From Oceaniferula sp. (GTDB lineage: Bacteria > Verrucomicrobiota > Verrucomicrobiia > Verrucomicrobiales > Akkermansiaceae): 64,000 nt of DNA. This document shows positions 17,954 to 27,163 of this stretch, piece after piece. The number at the start of each line of letters is the position of its first letter. Position 1 is the stretch's first letter. The DNA is taken from contig JBFERY010000008.1 of the NCBI GenBank assembly GCA_041548785.1, positions 3,903 to 67,902 on the forward strand. The letters run 5' to 3'. The notes under the pieces were generated by a model. That model worked only from the letters and a program-made list of their open reading frames with translations, was not told the origin of the DNA and did not search any database. Position numbers and translations under genes: made by a program.

Positions 17954-19498
17954 TCAATGTCTGAAGTGACGGTGACCGGTAAAGATCATCGCGATGCCTG
18001 CCTCATCGGCGGCGGCGATGACCTCCTCGTCACGGATGGATCCTCCAGGCTGAATACAGGCGGTGGCACCGGCTTCGACGGCGGCCTGCAGGCCGTCGGC
18101 GAAGGGCAGCATGGCGTCGGATGCCATGATGCTGCCTTTGAGTGAGAGTCCTGCCTCATTGGCCTTCCAGACGGCGATGCGGGAAGAATCCACCCGGCTC
18201 ATTTGGCCGGCACCGATACCGAGGGTTCGGTCGATGCCCGAGTAGACAATGGCGTTGGATTTGACGTGTTTCACCACGCGCCAACCGAAACGCATTGCGC
18301 GCATTTCGTCTTCAGTAGGCGGGCGTTTGGTGACGACTTTTTCTTCGAGGTTATCGAGTCCAAGTGTGGTGTGATCACGGGCCATGACCATGAGACCGCC
18401 GGGTGCGGAGCGGATCACGGGGTCTTTTCTCACGGACTCCCACGCCTCGGGATTGAGCTTGATCAGACGCAGGTTTTTCTTTTTCTGCAGAATGGCACGT
18501 GCTTCCGGCTCGAAGTCGGGGGCGATGATGACATCGGTGAAGATGGAGGAAATGATGCGGGCCAGAGCCTCGGTGAGCGGGCGGTTGACAACGATGACTC
18601 CGCCGAAGGGAGCCTGGGTGTCGGTTTCGTAAGCCAACTGCCAGGCTTTGCGAAGGTCTTCATCGTCCTGTCCGAGACCACAGGGGTTGGTGTGTTTGAG
18701 GATGCCAACGGTCGGGCGCACGAAGTCGGTGATGAGGTCGGAGGCGGCTTCGATGTCGAGGATATTGGTATAACTGAGTTCCTTGCCTTGCAGTTGGGTG
18801 AAAACGTCACTGAAGTTTCCGTAGAGTGTGGTCGGCTGATGCGGGTTGTCACCGTAGCGCAGTTCGCGGTCGAGTGGCAGGTTGATGGCAAACTGGGAGC
18901 GGGTTCCCTCGCCGGCCTGGGAGAGGTAGTTGGTGATGGCTGCATCGTAAGTGGAGGTGCGGAGAAACACTCTGACGGCAAGTTCTTCGCGGAATTTGAA
19001 GGAAGTATCGCCTTGGTGCTCGGTCATTTCGGCAAGGACGCGATCGTAATCCGAGGGATCGGTGACTACGGTGACGCTCTTAAAGTTTTTTGCAGCGCTC
19101 CGAAGCATCGACGGGCCGCCGATATCGATATTTTCGATGGCCTCCTCAAGGGTGACGCCGTCCTTGGCGATGGTTTCCTCGAAGGGATAGAGGTTGACCA
19201 CCACGAGATCGATGGGGGGAATACCATTGTCCTTGGCCTGTTTCAGATGATCTGCATCATCGCGTTTATAAAGAAGGCCCCCATGGACCATGGGGTGCAG
19301 TGTTTTTACCCGTCCCTCGAAGAGCTCGGGGGCCTTGGTGAAGTCGGATACATCGATTACAGGCAGGCCCGCCTCGCGGAGAGCCTTGGCAGTACCGCCG
19401 GTGGAGAGGAGTTCGACGCCGTGTTTGTTGAGACCCTTGGCAAAGTCGATCAAACCGGATTTATCGGAAACAGAGAGGAGCGCGCGTTGGATAGCCAT
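17954..19498 (-). CDS. purH: Bifunctional AICAR transformylase/IMP cyclohydrolase
   Basis: [64 protein letters not shown]. Confidence 0.98.
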   Translation of the reverse strand: MAIQRALLSVSDKSGLIDFAKGLNKHGVELLSTGGTAKALREAGLPVIDVSDFTKAPELFEGRVKTLHPMVHGGLLYKRDDADHLKQAKDNGIPPIDLVVVNLYPFEETIAKDGVTLEEAIENIDIGGPSMLRSAAKNFKSVTVVTDPSDYDRVLAEMTEHQGDTSFKFREELAVRVFLRTSTYDAAITNYLSQAGEGTRSQFAINLPLDRELRYGDNPHQPTTLYGNFSDVFTQLQGKELSYTNILDIEAASDLITDFVRPTVGILKHTNPCGLGQDDEDLRKAWQLAYETDTQAPFGGVIVVNRPLTEALARIISSIFTDVIIAPDFEPEARAILQKKKNLRLIKLNPEAWESVRKDPVIRSAPGGLMVMARDHTTLGLDNLEEKVVTKRPPTEDEMRAMRFGWRVVKHVKSNAIVYSGIDRTLGIGAGQMSRVDSSRIAVWKANEAGLSLKGSIMASDAMLPFADGLQAAVEAGATACIQPGGSIRDEEVIAAADEAGIAMIFTGHRHFRH

Positions 19499-19552
19499 AA
19501 TGTGATATCCGTCTGATGCTGTGGACGGACGCCCATCAACTACCCCCAGCCG

Positions 19553-20518
19553 CTAGTTGGAGCAAGCCGAATGTGTGACCATCTTGCCGTCGGCCTCGTT
19601 GTCAGGCTGCTCCGGTTCGTCTTTACCCCATTTCCAGAGCAGACCGTCGACGGGCCCCAGTAACCATGCCAGGAGCAGCAGGACAGCACCACAGACCACC
19701 ACGGATGCGGCCATATTGGTATCGAACCAGACATGGATATAGAGTCCCCCGACGGCGGAAAGCAGGCAGTGGAGGGCGGCGAGAGCCAGCATCGTCTTCA
19801 GTCGGTGACTGCACAGGTAGGCTGCTGCGCCAGGGAGGATGAGCAAGGCAATGACCAGGATCGCGCCTACCGCCTGGAATGCGGCGACCACGATAAAGGA
19901 CACGGCAAACATCATACCGTAGTGGATCAGCGCGGGGCGGTAGCCGTATGAAGCCGCCAGCCCGGTGTCGAAGGAGCTCAGTAGCAGCACGCGGTAAAAA
20001 AGTGCCATGAGAACGATGGTCACCAGTGATACGCCGGTCATCACGATAATCGGCTGGGGCACCATTTGGCCCAACAGCGGCAGGGTCTCATCCTCCAGCA
20101 GAAGGCCCAAGCGCCCGTGCAGCACGCATTCGAGGTCGAGATCGACATTTTTCCCCAGCATCGTTTCCAGAAGCACGACGCCGAGGGCAAAGAGGGAGGT
20201 AAAGGAAATGCCGATGGCGGCATCTTGTTTGACCCGGGTGCGCTTGTGGATGAGTTCGATGAGAACCGTTGAGAGCAGGCCCGCCAGACCTGCGCCCACG
20301 ATGAGCCAGGGGGAGGCGAGGTCGCCGGTAAAATAAAAGGCGACGACCACGCCTGGGAAAACGCTGTGACTGATGGCATCTCCAGTGAGAGCCATCCGTC
20401 TCAGGATCAGGAAAGAGCCGACCTGTGAGCAGGGTAAGGCCACAAGGAAGGCCATCAGTATCAGCCAGAAAGCGCCGATGCCGAGAACATCCCAGGGTAG
20501 TGTCAGGTAGTCCGTCAT
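19553..20518 (-). CDS. Metal (Mn/Fe/Zn) ABC transporter permease, TroD/YtgD-like
   Basis: ABC-3 motifs GDAISHSVFPG and QDAAIG, multiple TMs. Confidence 0.9.
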   Translation of the reverse strand: MTDYLTLPWDVLGIGAFWLILMAFLVALPCSQVGSFLILRRMALTGDAISHSVFPGVVVAFYFTGDLASPWLIVGAGLAGLLSTVLIELIHKRTRVKQDAAIGISFTSLFALGVVLLETMLGKNVDLDLECVLHGRLGLLLEDETLPLLGQMVPQPIIVMTGVSLVTIVLMALFYRVLLLSSFDTGLAASYGYRPALIHYGMMFAVSFIVVAAFQAVGAILVIALLILPGAAAYLCSHRLKTMLALAALHCLLSAVGGLYIHVWFDTNMAASVVVCGAVLLLLAWLLGPVDGLLWKWGKDEPEQPDNEADGKMVTHSACSN

Positions 20519-21843
20519 GGTGTTGAAAACTGTTCAAACCCCTGCATGGCCGGCTGCGGTTGAGGAATGGGTTTCCCGTGCGGGTCGAGTTCGGGGAAGT
20601 CGAGTTCCTGTTCCAGCTGCCTCACCATATTGGGCCCGAGGATGTGTTCGATTTTTTCCGCATCATCATGCACGTGATCCTCTGCGTAATCCGCCTCATT
20701 GGTCAGGTAGAGTTCCCACAAGCGGTGATTCCGCACCAATTCCATGGCGCGTTTCCAGCCTGGGCTGGTGAGGTGCAGTGAAATCCCGTCCTCTGAAAAC
20801 TCGACCAATCCGTGTTTCAAGAGTGAGGCACAGCGCTTGCGGACGGCCTCCTCGGTTTGTCTTCTTTTTTGGGCCAGCATGATCACGCTGACATCCTCAT
20901 AAGCAAAGCCCTCGGCCTCTTGGATTTGGTAGATCGCCTTCAGGGTATTTTCCCGCATGACAATCCGGCGGCGTTTACTGGTCCGCAGGAGTTTAGCCAG
21001 CACCCCGTGCCGCGGAGCGATAAAATAAACGAGGCCGAAGATCGCTGATGCCGCCAAAGTGATGACGGGTCCGGTAGGTATTTGACTTATCCCGGCGGAA
21101 ATCACGCCGCCCACAATACCGGCAAAGATCCCAAAGCCCATCGAGAGCAGCAGCATTTTCTCGAACCTGTCCGTGAGCAGGTATGCGGCGGCGGCGGGTG
21201 TGATCAATATCGCGGAGACCAAAACCACGCCGACCGCTTGGAGCGCTACCACGACGGAAAAGGTAAGCATGAAATAAAACACCCCATTGAGTATTTTTAC
21301 GGGATAACCCAGTCCCCGGGCAAACCCCTCATCGAAACTAACCACCAGCAGGGCTCGTTTAAGAAAGAAGACCATCACGCACAACAAGCTGGTGGTCAGC
21401 ATCATCATCCGCAGGTCGCTGGAGTCGATCGATCCTACATTGCCGAAGAGAAAGTCCATCACACCTACGGTTTCCTGTTGATTGCGCGATTGCCAAACGA
21501 TGCCAAGGGCGAAAAATGAGGCTAGGATGATGCCGAGGGCGGCATCGGACTTCAGGCGTGTTGTGGCCATCAGCGCCCTGACCAGTCCGGCCCCGACGAG
21601 TCCTGCGGCGGCGGCGCAGAGGAAGATAAAAACGGGACTGCGGTCCGGGCTGTAGATCAATCCGGCCACCACTCCGGGCAGCACGGCATGTGAAATGGCG
21701 TCCCCCATCAGGGCCACACGGCGCAGCACGACAAAGCAACCTAACAAACCGCAGCCGGCACCCAGCAGGATCGCCGCAAGCATGGCCTTCCCGGCCCCGG
21801 ACGAGGGGATCAGAACGTCGAGCATGGAAGCGAACTCAATCAT
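20515..21843 (-). CDS. Metal ABC permease fused to a C-terminal DtxR/MntR-family repressor domain (YtgCR-like)
   Basis: ABC-3 permease (GDAISHAVLPG), then a wHTH, HRLWELYL, HDDAEKIEH and DPHGKPIP. Confidence 0.9.
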   Translation of the reverse strand: MIEFASMLDVLIPSSGAGKAMLAAILLGAGCGLLGCFVVLRRVALMGDAISHAVLPGVVAGLIYSPDRSPVFIFLCAAAAGLVGAGLVRALMATTRLKSDAALGIILASFFALGIVWQSRNQQETVGVMDFLFGNVGSIDSSDLRMMMLTTSLLCVMVFFLKRALLVVSFDEGFARGLGYPVKILNGVFYFMLTFSVVVALQAVGVVLVSAILITPAAAAYLLTDRFEKMLLLSMGFGIFAGIVGGVISAGISQIPTGPVITLAASAIFGLVYFIAPRHGVLAKLLRTSKRRRIVMRENTLKAIYQIQEAEGFAYEDVSVIMLAQKRRQTEEAVRKRCASLLKHGLVEFSEDGISLHLTSPGWKRAMELVRNHRLWELYLTNEADYAEDHVHDDAEKIEHILGPNMVRQLEQELDFPELDPHGKPIPQPQPAMQGFEQFSTP

Positions 21844-21883
21844 TTTTTCATCGCATTACAGAATCAGGTAATGACCGGCCCCT

Positions 21884-22639
21884 CTACAACTTCGCAGCTC
21901 GGTCGGCGACCTCGCTGAGCAGGGTCAACCGGCCTCCGTAGGTTTTCTGGAGGAGTTCCGGGGTAAACACATCCTCCACTTTGCCAAAGGCCACCAGGCG
22001 CATGTTGAGCAGCAGGAGCCGGTCGAAGTACTCACTTGCGGACTGCAGGTCATGGTGCACGACGAGTACGGTCTTCCCGCATTCACGCATTTCCTTGAGC
22101 AGGGAAATGATGGCCGCCTCCGTGGCCGCATCGACGCCGGCAAAGGGTTCGTCCATGAGGTAGAGATCACTGTCCTGGGCCAGTGCGCGGGCGAGGAACA
22201 CACGCTGCTGTTGGCCGCCGCTGAGGTTGCCGATCTGCCGGTTTGAATAGGGCAGCATCCCGACCTTTTCCAAGGCCTCGCTGGCACGCCGTTTCTCCTC
22301 CTTGCCGGGGCGGCGGAACAAGCCCAACCGGCCGTATGTCCCCATCATGGCGACATCCATCACGGTGACGGGAAAGTCCCAATCGACGCTCTCGCGCTGG
22401 GGCACATAGCCGACCCGATGGAGGTTTTCCTTGAGCGACTTCCCAAAAACCTTCACCCAACCACCGGACGAGGGCACCACGCCCATGATTGATTTGATCA
22501 GGGTGGATTTGCCGGCACCGTTCGGGCCGATGATACCGACCAGGCTTCCCTCAGGCACGGTGACATCGACACCGTAGAGGACCGGACGCTTGTGGTAAGT
22601 CACCGTCAAATCATGCGTCTCGAGAGCGGGAGTGGCCAT
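21884..22639 (-). CDS. Metal ABC transporter ATP-binding protein (TroB/YtgB-like)
   Basis: GPNGAGKST, LSGGQQQR, MDEPFAGVD, VHHDL. Confidence 0.95.
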   Translation of the reverse strand: MATPALETHDLTVTYHKRPVLYGVDVTVPEGSLVGIIGPNGAGKSTLIKSIMGVVPSSGGWVKVFGKSLKENLHRVGYVPQRESVDWDFPVTVMDVAMMGTYGRLGLFRRPGKEEKRRASEALEKVGMLPYSNRQIGNLSGGQQQRVFLARALAQDSDLYLMDEPFAGVDAATEAAIISLLKEMRECGKTVLVVHHDLQSASEYFDRLLLLNMRLVAFGKVEDVFTPELLQKTYGGRLTLLSEVADRAAKL

Positions 22640-22653
22640 GGCTGGTATTGATG

Positions 22654-23475
22654 TTAGAATTTCACGGTGAAGCCGGTAAAGGTATTGAGGTCCTCGGCAG
22701 CGTCGTTAAGACCTATAACCACACCGGCGTCCCATTGGAAAGTTTTTGTGAATGCCCAGGTCACACCACCGCTGGCGTAGGCCTCGTACGGGTGGCCACC
22801 GGCTATGCCGAGATACTCGACGTAGAGACCCAGCTGGTCGGTGACATCGAAGCCCAAAACGGCTGTGTGTGAGAAATCGACTTCGTAACCGCCCTCATCC
22901 CAGACGTAGCCGAACTCCGCCTGCAGCCCGAGCCCGACACCCTCGCAAAGTTGCATCGCCCATGGGAAAATGACGCCGCCTTCCCAATGCCCGTTGCTTA
23001 CGGCCGTCCCGCTCGGGATTTTCACGTAGGGAAAAACGGCGAATGCCGTCTTGCCCTCGTCATTACCCCAGAGGTTCCACTTGAGGCGCAGGGTGAGGTC
23101 GCCGAACCCCTCGGACTGCTGGCGAATACCACCCGTGCGGGTCACCTCGCGCACGTAGGGAGCCAGCACCAGCTGGAGGTCCATGGAGTCGTTCAAACCA
23201 TACTTGATATTGGTTTCGCCCCAGGTCCAGGCGTCGAATTTTTCTCCGCCACTGTGATCGCGGGCATACCCGAGCAGGCTGGATTCCACTTGGAAATATC
23301 CCGCGTCCACGGTGCGCGGGCTTTCGGTGGCATCGGGCCGGTCGGCTTCGAGATCACGCATCAGCGATCCCTGGGATTCACCAACCGACATTTCACCTGC
23401 GAAGAGGCAAAGGGGGGTCATCATGGCAAGGGTTGTCGCTCGTGCTGTGTGTTTCATTGCAACTGTGTGTTTCAT
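22654..23475 (-). CDS. Putative outer-membrane beta-barrel 'transporter' (MetA-pathway/phenol degradation-like)
   Basis: Signal peptide, DRPDATESP, GFGDLTLRLKWN, alternating beta strands, C-terminal Phe. Confidence 0.75.
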   Translation of the reverse strand: MKHTVAMKHTARATTLAMMTPLCLFAGEMSVGESQGSLMRDLEADRPDATESPRTVDAGYFQVESSLLGYARDHSGGEKFDAWTWGETNIKYGLNDSMDLQLVLAPYVREVTRTGGIRQQSEGFGDLTLRLKWNLWGNDEGKTAFAVFPYVKIPSGTAVSNGHWEGGVIFPWAMQLCEGVGLGLQAEFGYVWDEGGYEVDFSHTAVLGFDVTDQLGLYVEYLGIAGGHPYEAYASGGVTWAFTKTFQWDAGVVIGLNDAAEDLNTFTGFTVKF

Positions 23476-23514
23476 TCTGTTTATAAATATTTGTTTTTTT
23501 TGCCTTTAGCCGCG

Positions 23515-24483
23515 TTACTTCAGGCCATCGACGATGGTGTTGACGTTATGTTTGATCATGCCGATGTAGGTCCCCTTGTCGTATGTCTCGCCGTGGAGAG
23601 TCACGGTGTCACCGGGCTCGCCCATGGCATCGGAGAACAGTTCGTTGCCGCTGACCCGCACCCCCGCCTCCTCGGCAACGGCCTCGATGCCTTTTTTGTT
23701 CACACTCGACTCGGGGAAAATCATCTTCAGTTTCCGGTCCTTGATAAACTGCACCAGCTCGGCGCGGTCCTTCAGGCTGGACTCGGAGTTGGTGGAAACC
23801 CCTTGCAGGCCGCGCACCTCGAAGCCGAATGCCTTGCCAAAGTAGAAAAAGGCATCGTGACTGGTCACCAGCACCCGTTGGTCCTCGGGGATTTCCGAGA
23901 CGCGGCCTTTTGCCCACTGGTGGAGGGCCTCCAGCTCGGCGGTGTACTTGTTGCCACGCTTCTGGTATGTCTCGGCCCCATCGGGATCCGCCTCGGACAG
24001 TGCTGTGACAACCACGGCAACACAGTGTGCCCACAGTGCGGGGTCGCCCCATGCGTGTGGATCGTGATACCCCTCGAACTGGGCCTGCGGCTTCAACTGC
24101 TGTCCCTTGGGAATTCCGTCGGTCAGTGCGTAAACCCCGCCTTTTTTACGGCTCCTTTTTTCCAGGACATCCTGCATTTTGCCCTCGAGGTGGAAGCCGC
24201 TGTAGAAAACCAGGTCGGCTTTTTGCAGTGCCGCCGTATCGCTGAAGGTCACCTGGTAACTGTGCGGGTCGACTTGCGGCCCCATCATCCCCTTCACCGA
24301 CACCCGCCCGTGCCCGATTTGGCTCACCATATCGGTCACCATCGTCGTCGTCGTAACGACTTGCAGCAGCGACTCATCCGCGGATCCGTTGATCACGCCA
24401 TTCTTTTCATGCTTCAACATCCACGCGAGTCCCCCTGCGAGGGCACCCAGCACCACTAGTACGATTACGATCTTCTTTGCCAT
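23515..24483 (-). CDS. Metal ABC transporter substrate-binding protein (TroA/YtgA/MntC-like)
   Basis: GPQVDPHSY, DPHAW, TSHDAF, LFSDAMG metal-ligand motifs. Confidence 0.93.
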   Translation of the reverse strand: MAKKIVIVLVVLGALAGGLAWMLKHEKNGVINGSADESLLQVVTTTTMVTDMVSQIGHGRVSVKGMMGPQVDPHSYQVTFSDTAALQKADLVFYSGFHLEGKMQDVLEKRSRKKGGVYALTDGIPKGQQLKPQAQFEGYHDPHAWGDPALWAHCVAVVVTALSEADPDGAETYQKRGNKYTAELEALHQWAKGRVSEIPEDQRVLVTSHDAFFYFGKAFGFEVRGLQGVSTNSESSLKDRAELVQFIKDRKLKMIFPESSVNKKGIEAVAEEAGVRVSGNELFSDAMGEPGDTVTLHGETYDKGTYIGMIKHNVNTIVDGLK

Positions 24484-24523
24484 GCCCGCTACCTAAACCC
24501 GGTCGAGGCGAGCGTCAACACCA

Positions 24524-24545
24524 AAAATTAGCCTAGGCTAATTTT
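24524..24545. promoter_or_regulatory. Perfect 22-bp palindrome AAAATTAGCCTAGGCTAATTTT, DtxR/MntR-type operator candidate
   Basis: Perfect dyad just upstream of a TTGACG -35-like hexamer on the minus strand; a partial second copy (CCTAGGCT) lies at 24551-24558. Confidence 0.8.
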
Positions 24546-24776
24546 CATTCCCTAGGCTTATTCCGCTTGCCTGAACGCATGGGCGGGATGGGTTTGGCGA
24601 CAAAATGCTGTGCAAAAACGAACATTGCACTATGACGATCAGCATCGCCGGGGGGATGAAACATCAGGGCTTTTCAAGCTTGATTGAAAGTAATCCTCAT
24701 TAATCATGGTAGGGTATCCGATTGCAGGGCGAGCCGCCCCCTGCCCCGACTCCATTTCAAAACCGATTAACGCGTC

Positions 24777-26414
24777 ATGCCTGAAGTCACTATTGCCGAA
24801 CCCGAACAGGCGCCCTCAACCGGTTTGCAACGCCCAGCCCCTATGAAAAAGAAGCTCTTCCGCCCTGTACTCGTTCTCGGATTACTCGCCATTGCCGGAG
24901 TGGCCATCATGCCATGGCTAGGCGAGGTGGGCATGGCCAGCGAGAAGGCCACGACCGCCATCGGTCAATGGATTGGCTTCCTCGGTGGGTTCCACCCCAT
25001 TTTACTGCATCTTCCGATCGGCGCCCTGATGCTGGTCCTGTGCATGGAATTCTGTGGCCTGCTCAGCTTCGGGAAGTACAAGCCGAGCACGACGCTCGGG
25101 CTCGGCTTTGCGTCGGGCACGGGTATTTTCGCCGTCGTTTTCGGCTACTGCCTCTACCTTACGGGCGACTACTCGGGTGAATTGATCGAGGAGCACAAGC
25201 GCGACGGCGTGGTTTTCACGATCCTGCTGATTGCCACATTTCTGATCAAGTATGCTTACGACATCCGTTTCATGACCAAGCTGACCGGGCCTATTTATTG
25301 GGTCGGTCTCATTGCCACCACCGCCACCATGTTCAGTGCCGGGCACCACGGCGGCGAGATCTCCCACGGCGACCCCTTCGCCAAGGCGCCGTGGAAACAA
25401 AAAGCTGACGCGCAGCCCGATGCCGCGGAACTGGCCGATCCCGTTGTTTACGAGAACATCATTCACCCGATCCTCGAAGCCAAGTGCGCCAGTTGCCACG
25501 GCGAAAAGAAGCAGAAAAGCGGTTTGCGTGTCGACAGCTATGCGGCGCTGCTTGACGGCGGCGAAGAAACCGACGCCCTGGTCCCTGGCGACCTGAAAAA
25601 GAGCGCCATGACGGCCTACCTCCACCTGCCCCTCGAGGACGACCTGCGGATGCCTCCCGAGGGGAAAACCCAGCTGACCAAGGAAGAAATCCAGATCCTT
25701 GAATGGTGGGTAAAAATCGGCGCCCCCGAATCGGCGCTGCTGAGCGAAGTCGAAGTCACACCGGCCATCGCCTCGGCCATCGACACGCTCAAGACACCCG
25801 AAGAAATCGCACAGGCCCAGGCGGCGAAACGTGAGGCCGCGCAAAGGAAAATCGCCGAGATCGAGCAGAAACGTGCCCGCTTGGCATCGTCCATCACCGC
25901 CGTTAACAGTCGGTTCCCCGGCTCGCTCAAGTATGTCTCCCAGGACAGTACTGAGCTCAGCTTTTCCGTCGTGAGCTATCGCAAGAACTTCCGGGACGAC
26001 AACCTGAGCACCATCAAGGATGCTGCCGGCGACATCGCAGATCTCGATCTCGGGTCATCCGCCCTCACCGATCAAGGTGCCGCCATGCTTGATCGGTTTA
26101 CCGGGCTCAAGGTGTTGAAGCTGAACCAGACCGCGATCACGGACGCCTCCCTGCCCACCATTGCCAAGCTCGATCACCTGCGGATTCTCAATCTCTATGG
26201 CACGGCCGTGACCGACGCCGGAATCGAGGCGCTCTTTGGAAAAGCCAGCCTCAAAAAAGTCTACCTCTGGAACACCCAAGTGACTGAAGCCGGCGCCAAG
26301 GCCCTCGAACAATCGCTGGTTGAGGCTCATGCCAAGGCTCAGGGGCAGACCAAGGAGGCTGACCGGGACGACACTCCTCCCCAGGTCATCCTCGGCTCAA
26401 CCCAGCCGTCGTAG
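24777..26414 (+). CDS. Membrane protein: DUF2231-like TM region + Planctomycete-type cytochrome c domain + leucine-rich repeats
   Basis: FHPILLHLPIG, AGHHGG, CASCHG heme motif, MPPEGK, WVKIGA, LRR repeats (LKVLKLNQTAITD, LRILNLYGTAVTD). Start may be 24843. Confidence 0.8.
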   Translation: MPEVTIAEPEQAPSTGLQRPAPMKKKLFRPVLVLGLLAIAGVAIMPWLGEVGMASEKATTAIGQWIGFLGGFHPILLHLPIGALMLVLCMEFCGLLSFGKYKPSTTLGLGFASGTGIFAVVFGYCLYLTGDYSGELIEEHKRDGVVFTILLIATFLIKYAYDIRFMTKLTGPIYWVGLIATTATMFSAGHHGGEISHGDPFAKAPWKQKADAQPDAAELADPVVYENIIHPILEAKCASCHGEKKQKSGLRVDSYAALLDGGEETDALVPGDLKKSAMTAYLHLPLEDDLRMPPEGKTQLTKEEIQILEWWVKIGAPESALLSEVEVTPAIASAIDTLKTPEEIAQAQAAKREAAQRKIAEIEQKRARLASSITAVNSRFPGSLKYVSQDSTELSFSVVSYRKNFRDDNLSTIKDAAGDIADLDLGSSALTDQGAAMLDRFTGLKVLKLNQTAITDASLPTIAKLDHLRILNLYGTAVTDAGIEALFGKASLKKVYLWNTQVTEAGAKALEQSLVEAHAKAQGQTKEADRDDTPPQVILGSTQPS

Positions 26415-26461
26415 CCACTCCGGTCCGGAAGGTCCGGGCCGACAACCCACAGCCAGACGGG

Positions 26462-26812
26462 CTATCTGCGCTGCTGCTCTTTACGACTCTGGCAGTGGAT
26501 ACAGAGTGAGACGGAAGGTTTTGCCTTCAGCCGCTCGATATTGATTTCCTTGTGACAGTCGTCGCATATGCCGTAGGTGCCGGCATCCAGACGCAGCAGT
26601 GCGTATTCGATTTTTTCGAGAAGCTTGCTTTCTGAGTAACCTAACTGGTGCTCCACGACATTGTCGGCAATCTTATCGGCCCGCTCGGTTTCATCGGCGA
26701 TAACGCCGGCACCGACTCCCGTCATGACCCCATGTCGATTGACATCCTTGAGGACATGATTACGTTGACCCATCAGAGATTTACGGAGTTCTTTTCTTTC
26801 GTTTGCAGTCAT
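26462..26812 (-). CDS. TraR/DksA C4-type zinc finger protein
   Basis: Coiled coil DETERAD, GTYGICDDC...ERLKAKPSVSLCIHC. Confidence 0.9.
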   Translation of the reverse strand: MTANERKELRKSLMGQRNHVLKDVNRHGVMTGVGAGVIADETERADKIADNVVEHQLGYSESKLLEKIEYALLRLDAGTYGICDDCHKEINIERLKAKPSVSLCIHCQSRKEQQRR

Positions 26813-26970
26813 AATATAGATTGGGTTACTTAATAGAGTAAAAATAACATAAATTCAGATAATGTTCTACGCATGTTTGGCTGCATTTTGCGCCTATATT
26901 GCTCTCCGATTTTTGTTGAACCGCTGCCTGATTTGACCAAGTATCCGGCCCGTCGCACCACCATGTGACG

Positions 26971-27121
26971 CCTCTCAGGACGCCCGTAGCACGGGCAGGA
27001 AATTGATGGGGAATCCGGTGAAGTCTTTCTATAGAATGAGACCATTCCGGAGCGGTTACGCCACTGTGAAGCCTTGATCACGCCAAGTGAAAAAGGGAAG
27101 CCAGAACGCCAGCCCAAGAGG
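26971..27121 (+). ncRNA. Cobalamin riboswitch
   Basis: P1 CCTCT/AGAGG, GGGAATCCGGTGAA...TTCCGGAGCGG...GCCACTGT, and B12-box-like AAGCCAGAACGCCAGCC; directly upstream of a BtuB-like receptor. Confidence 0.85.
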
Positions 27122-27163
27122 TTGAGAAAATTCCTGCGGATAACAGGAAACCACTCGACAACC

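Noticed and set aside
18203-19516. 437-aa ORF opposite purH (also long antisense ORFs at 3395-4462, 22951-24459, 45931-46965 and 58301-59659)
   Set aside because: Shadow frames of well-supported genes.
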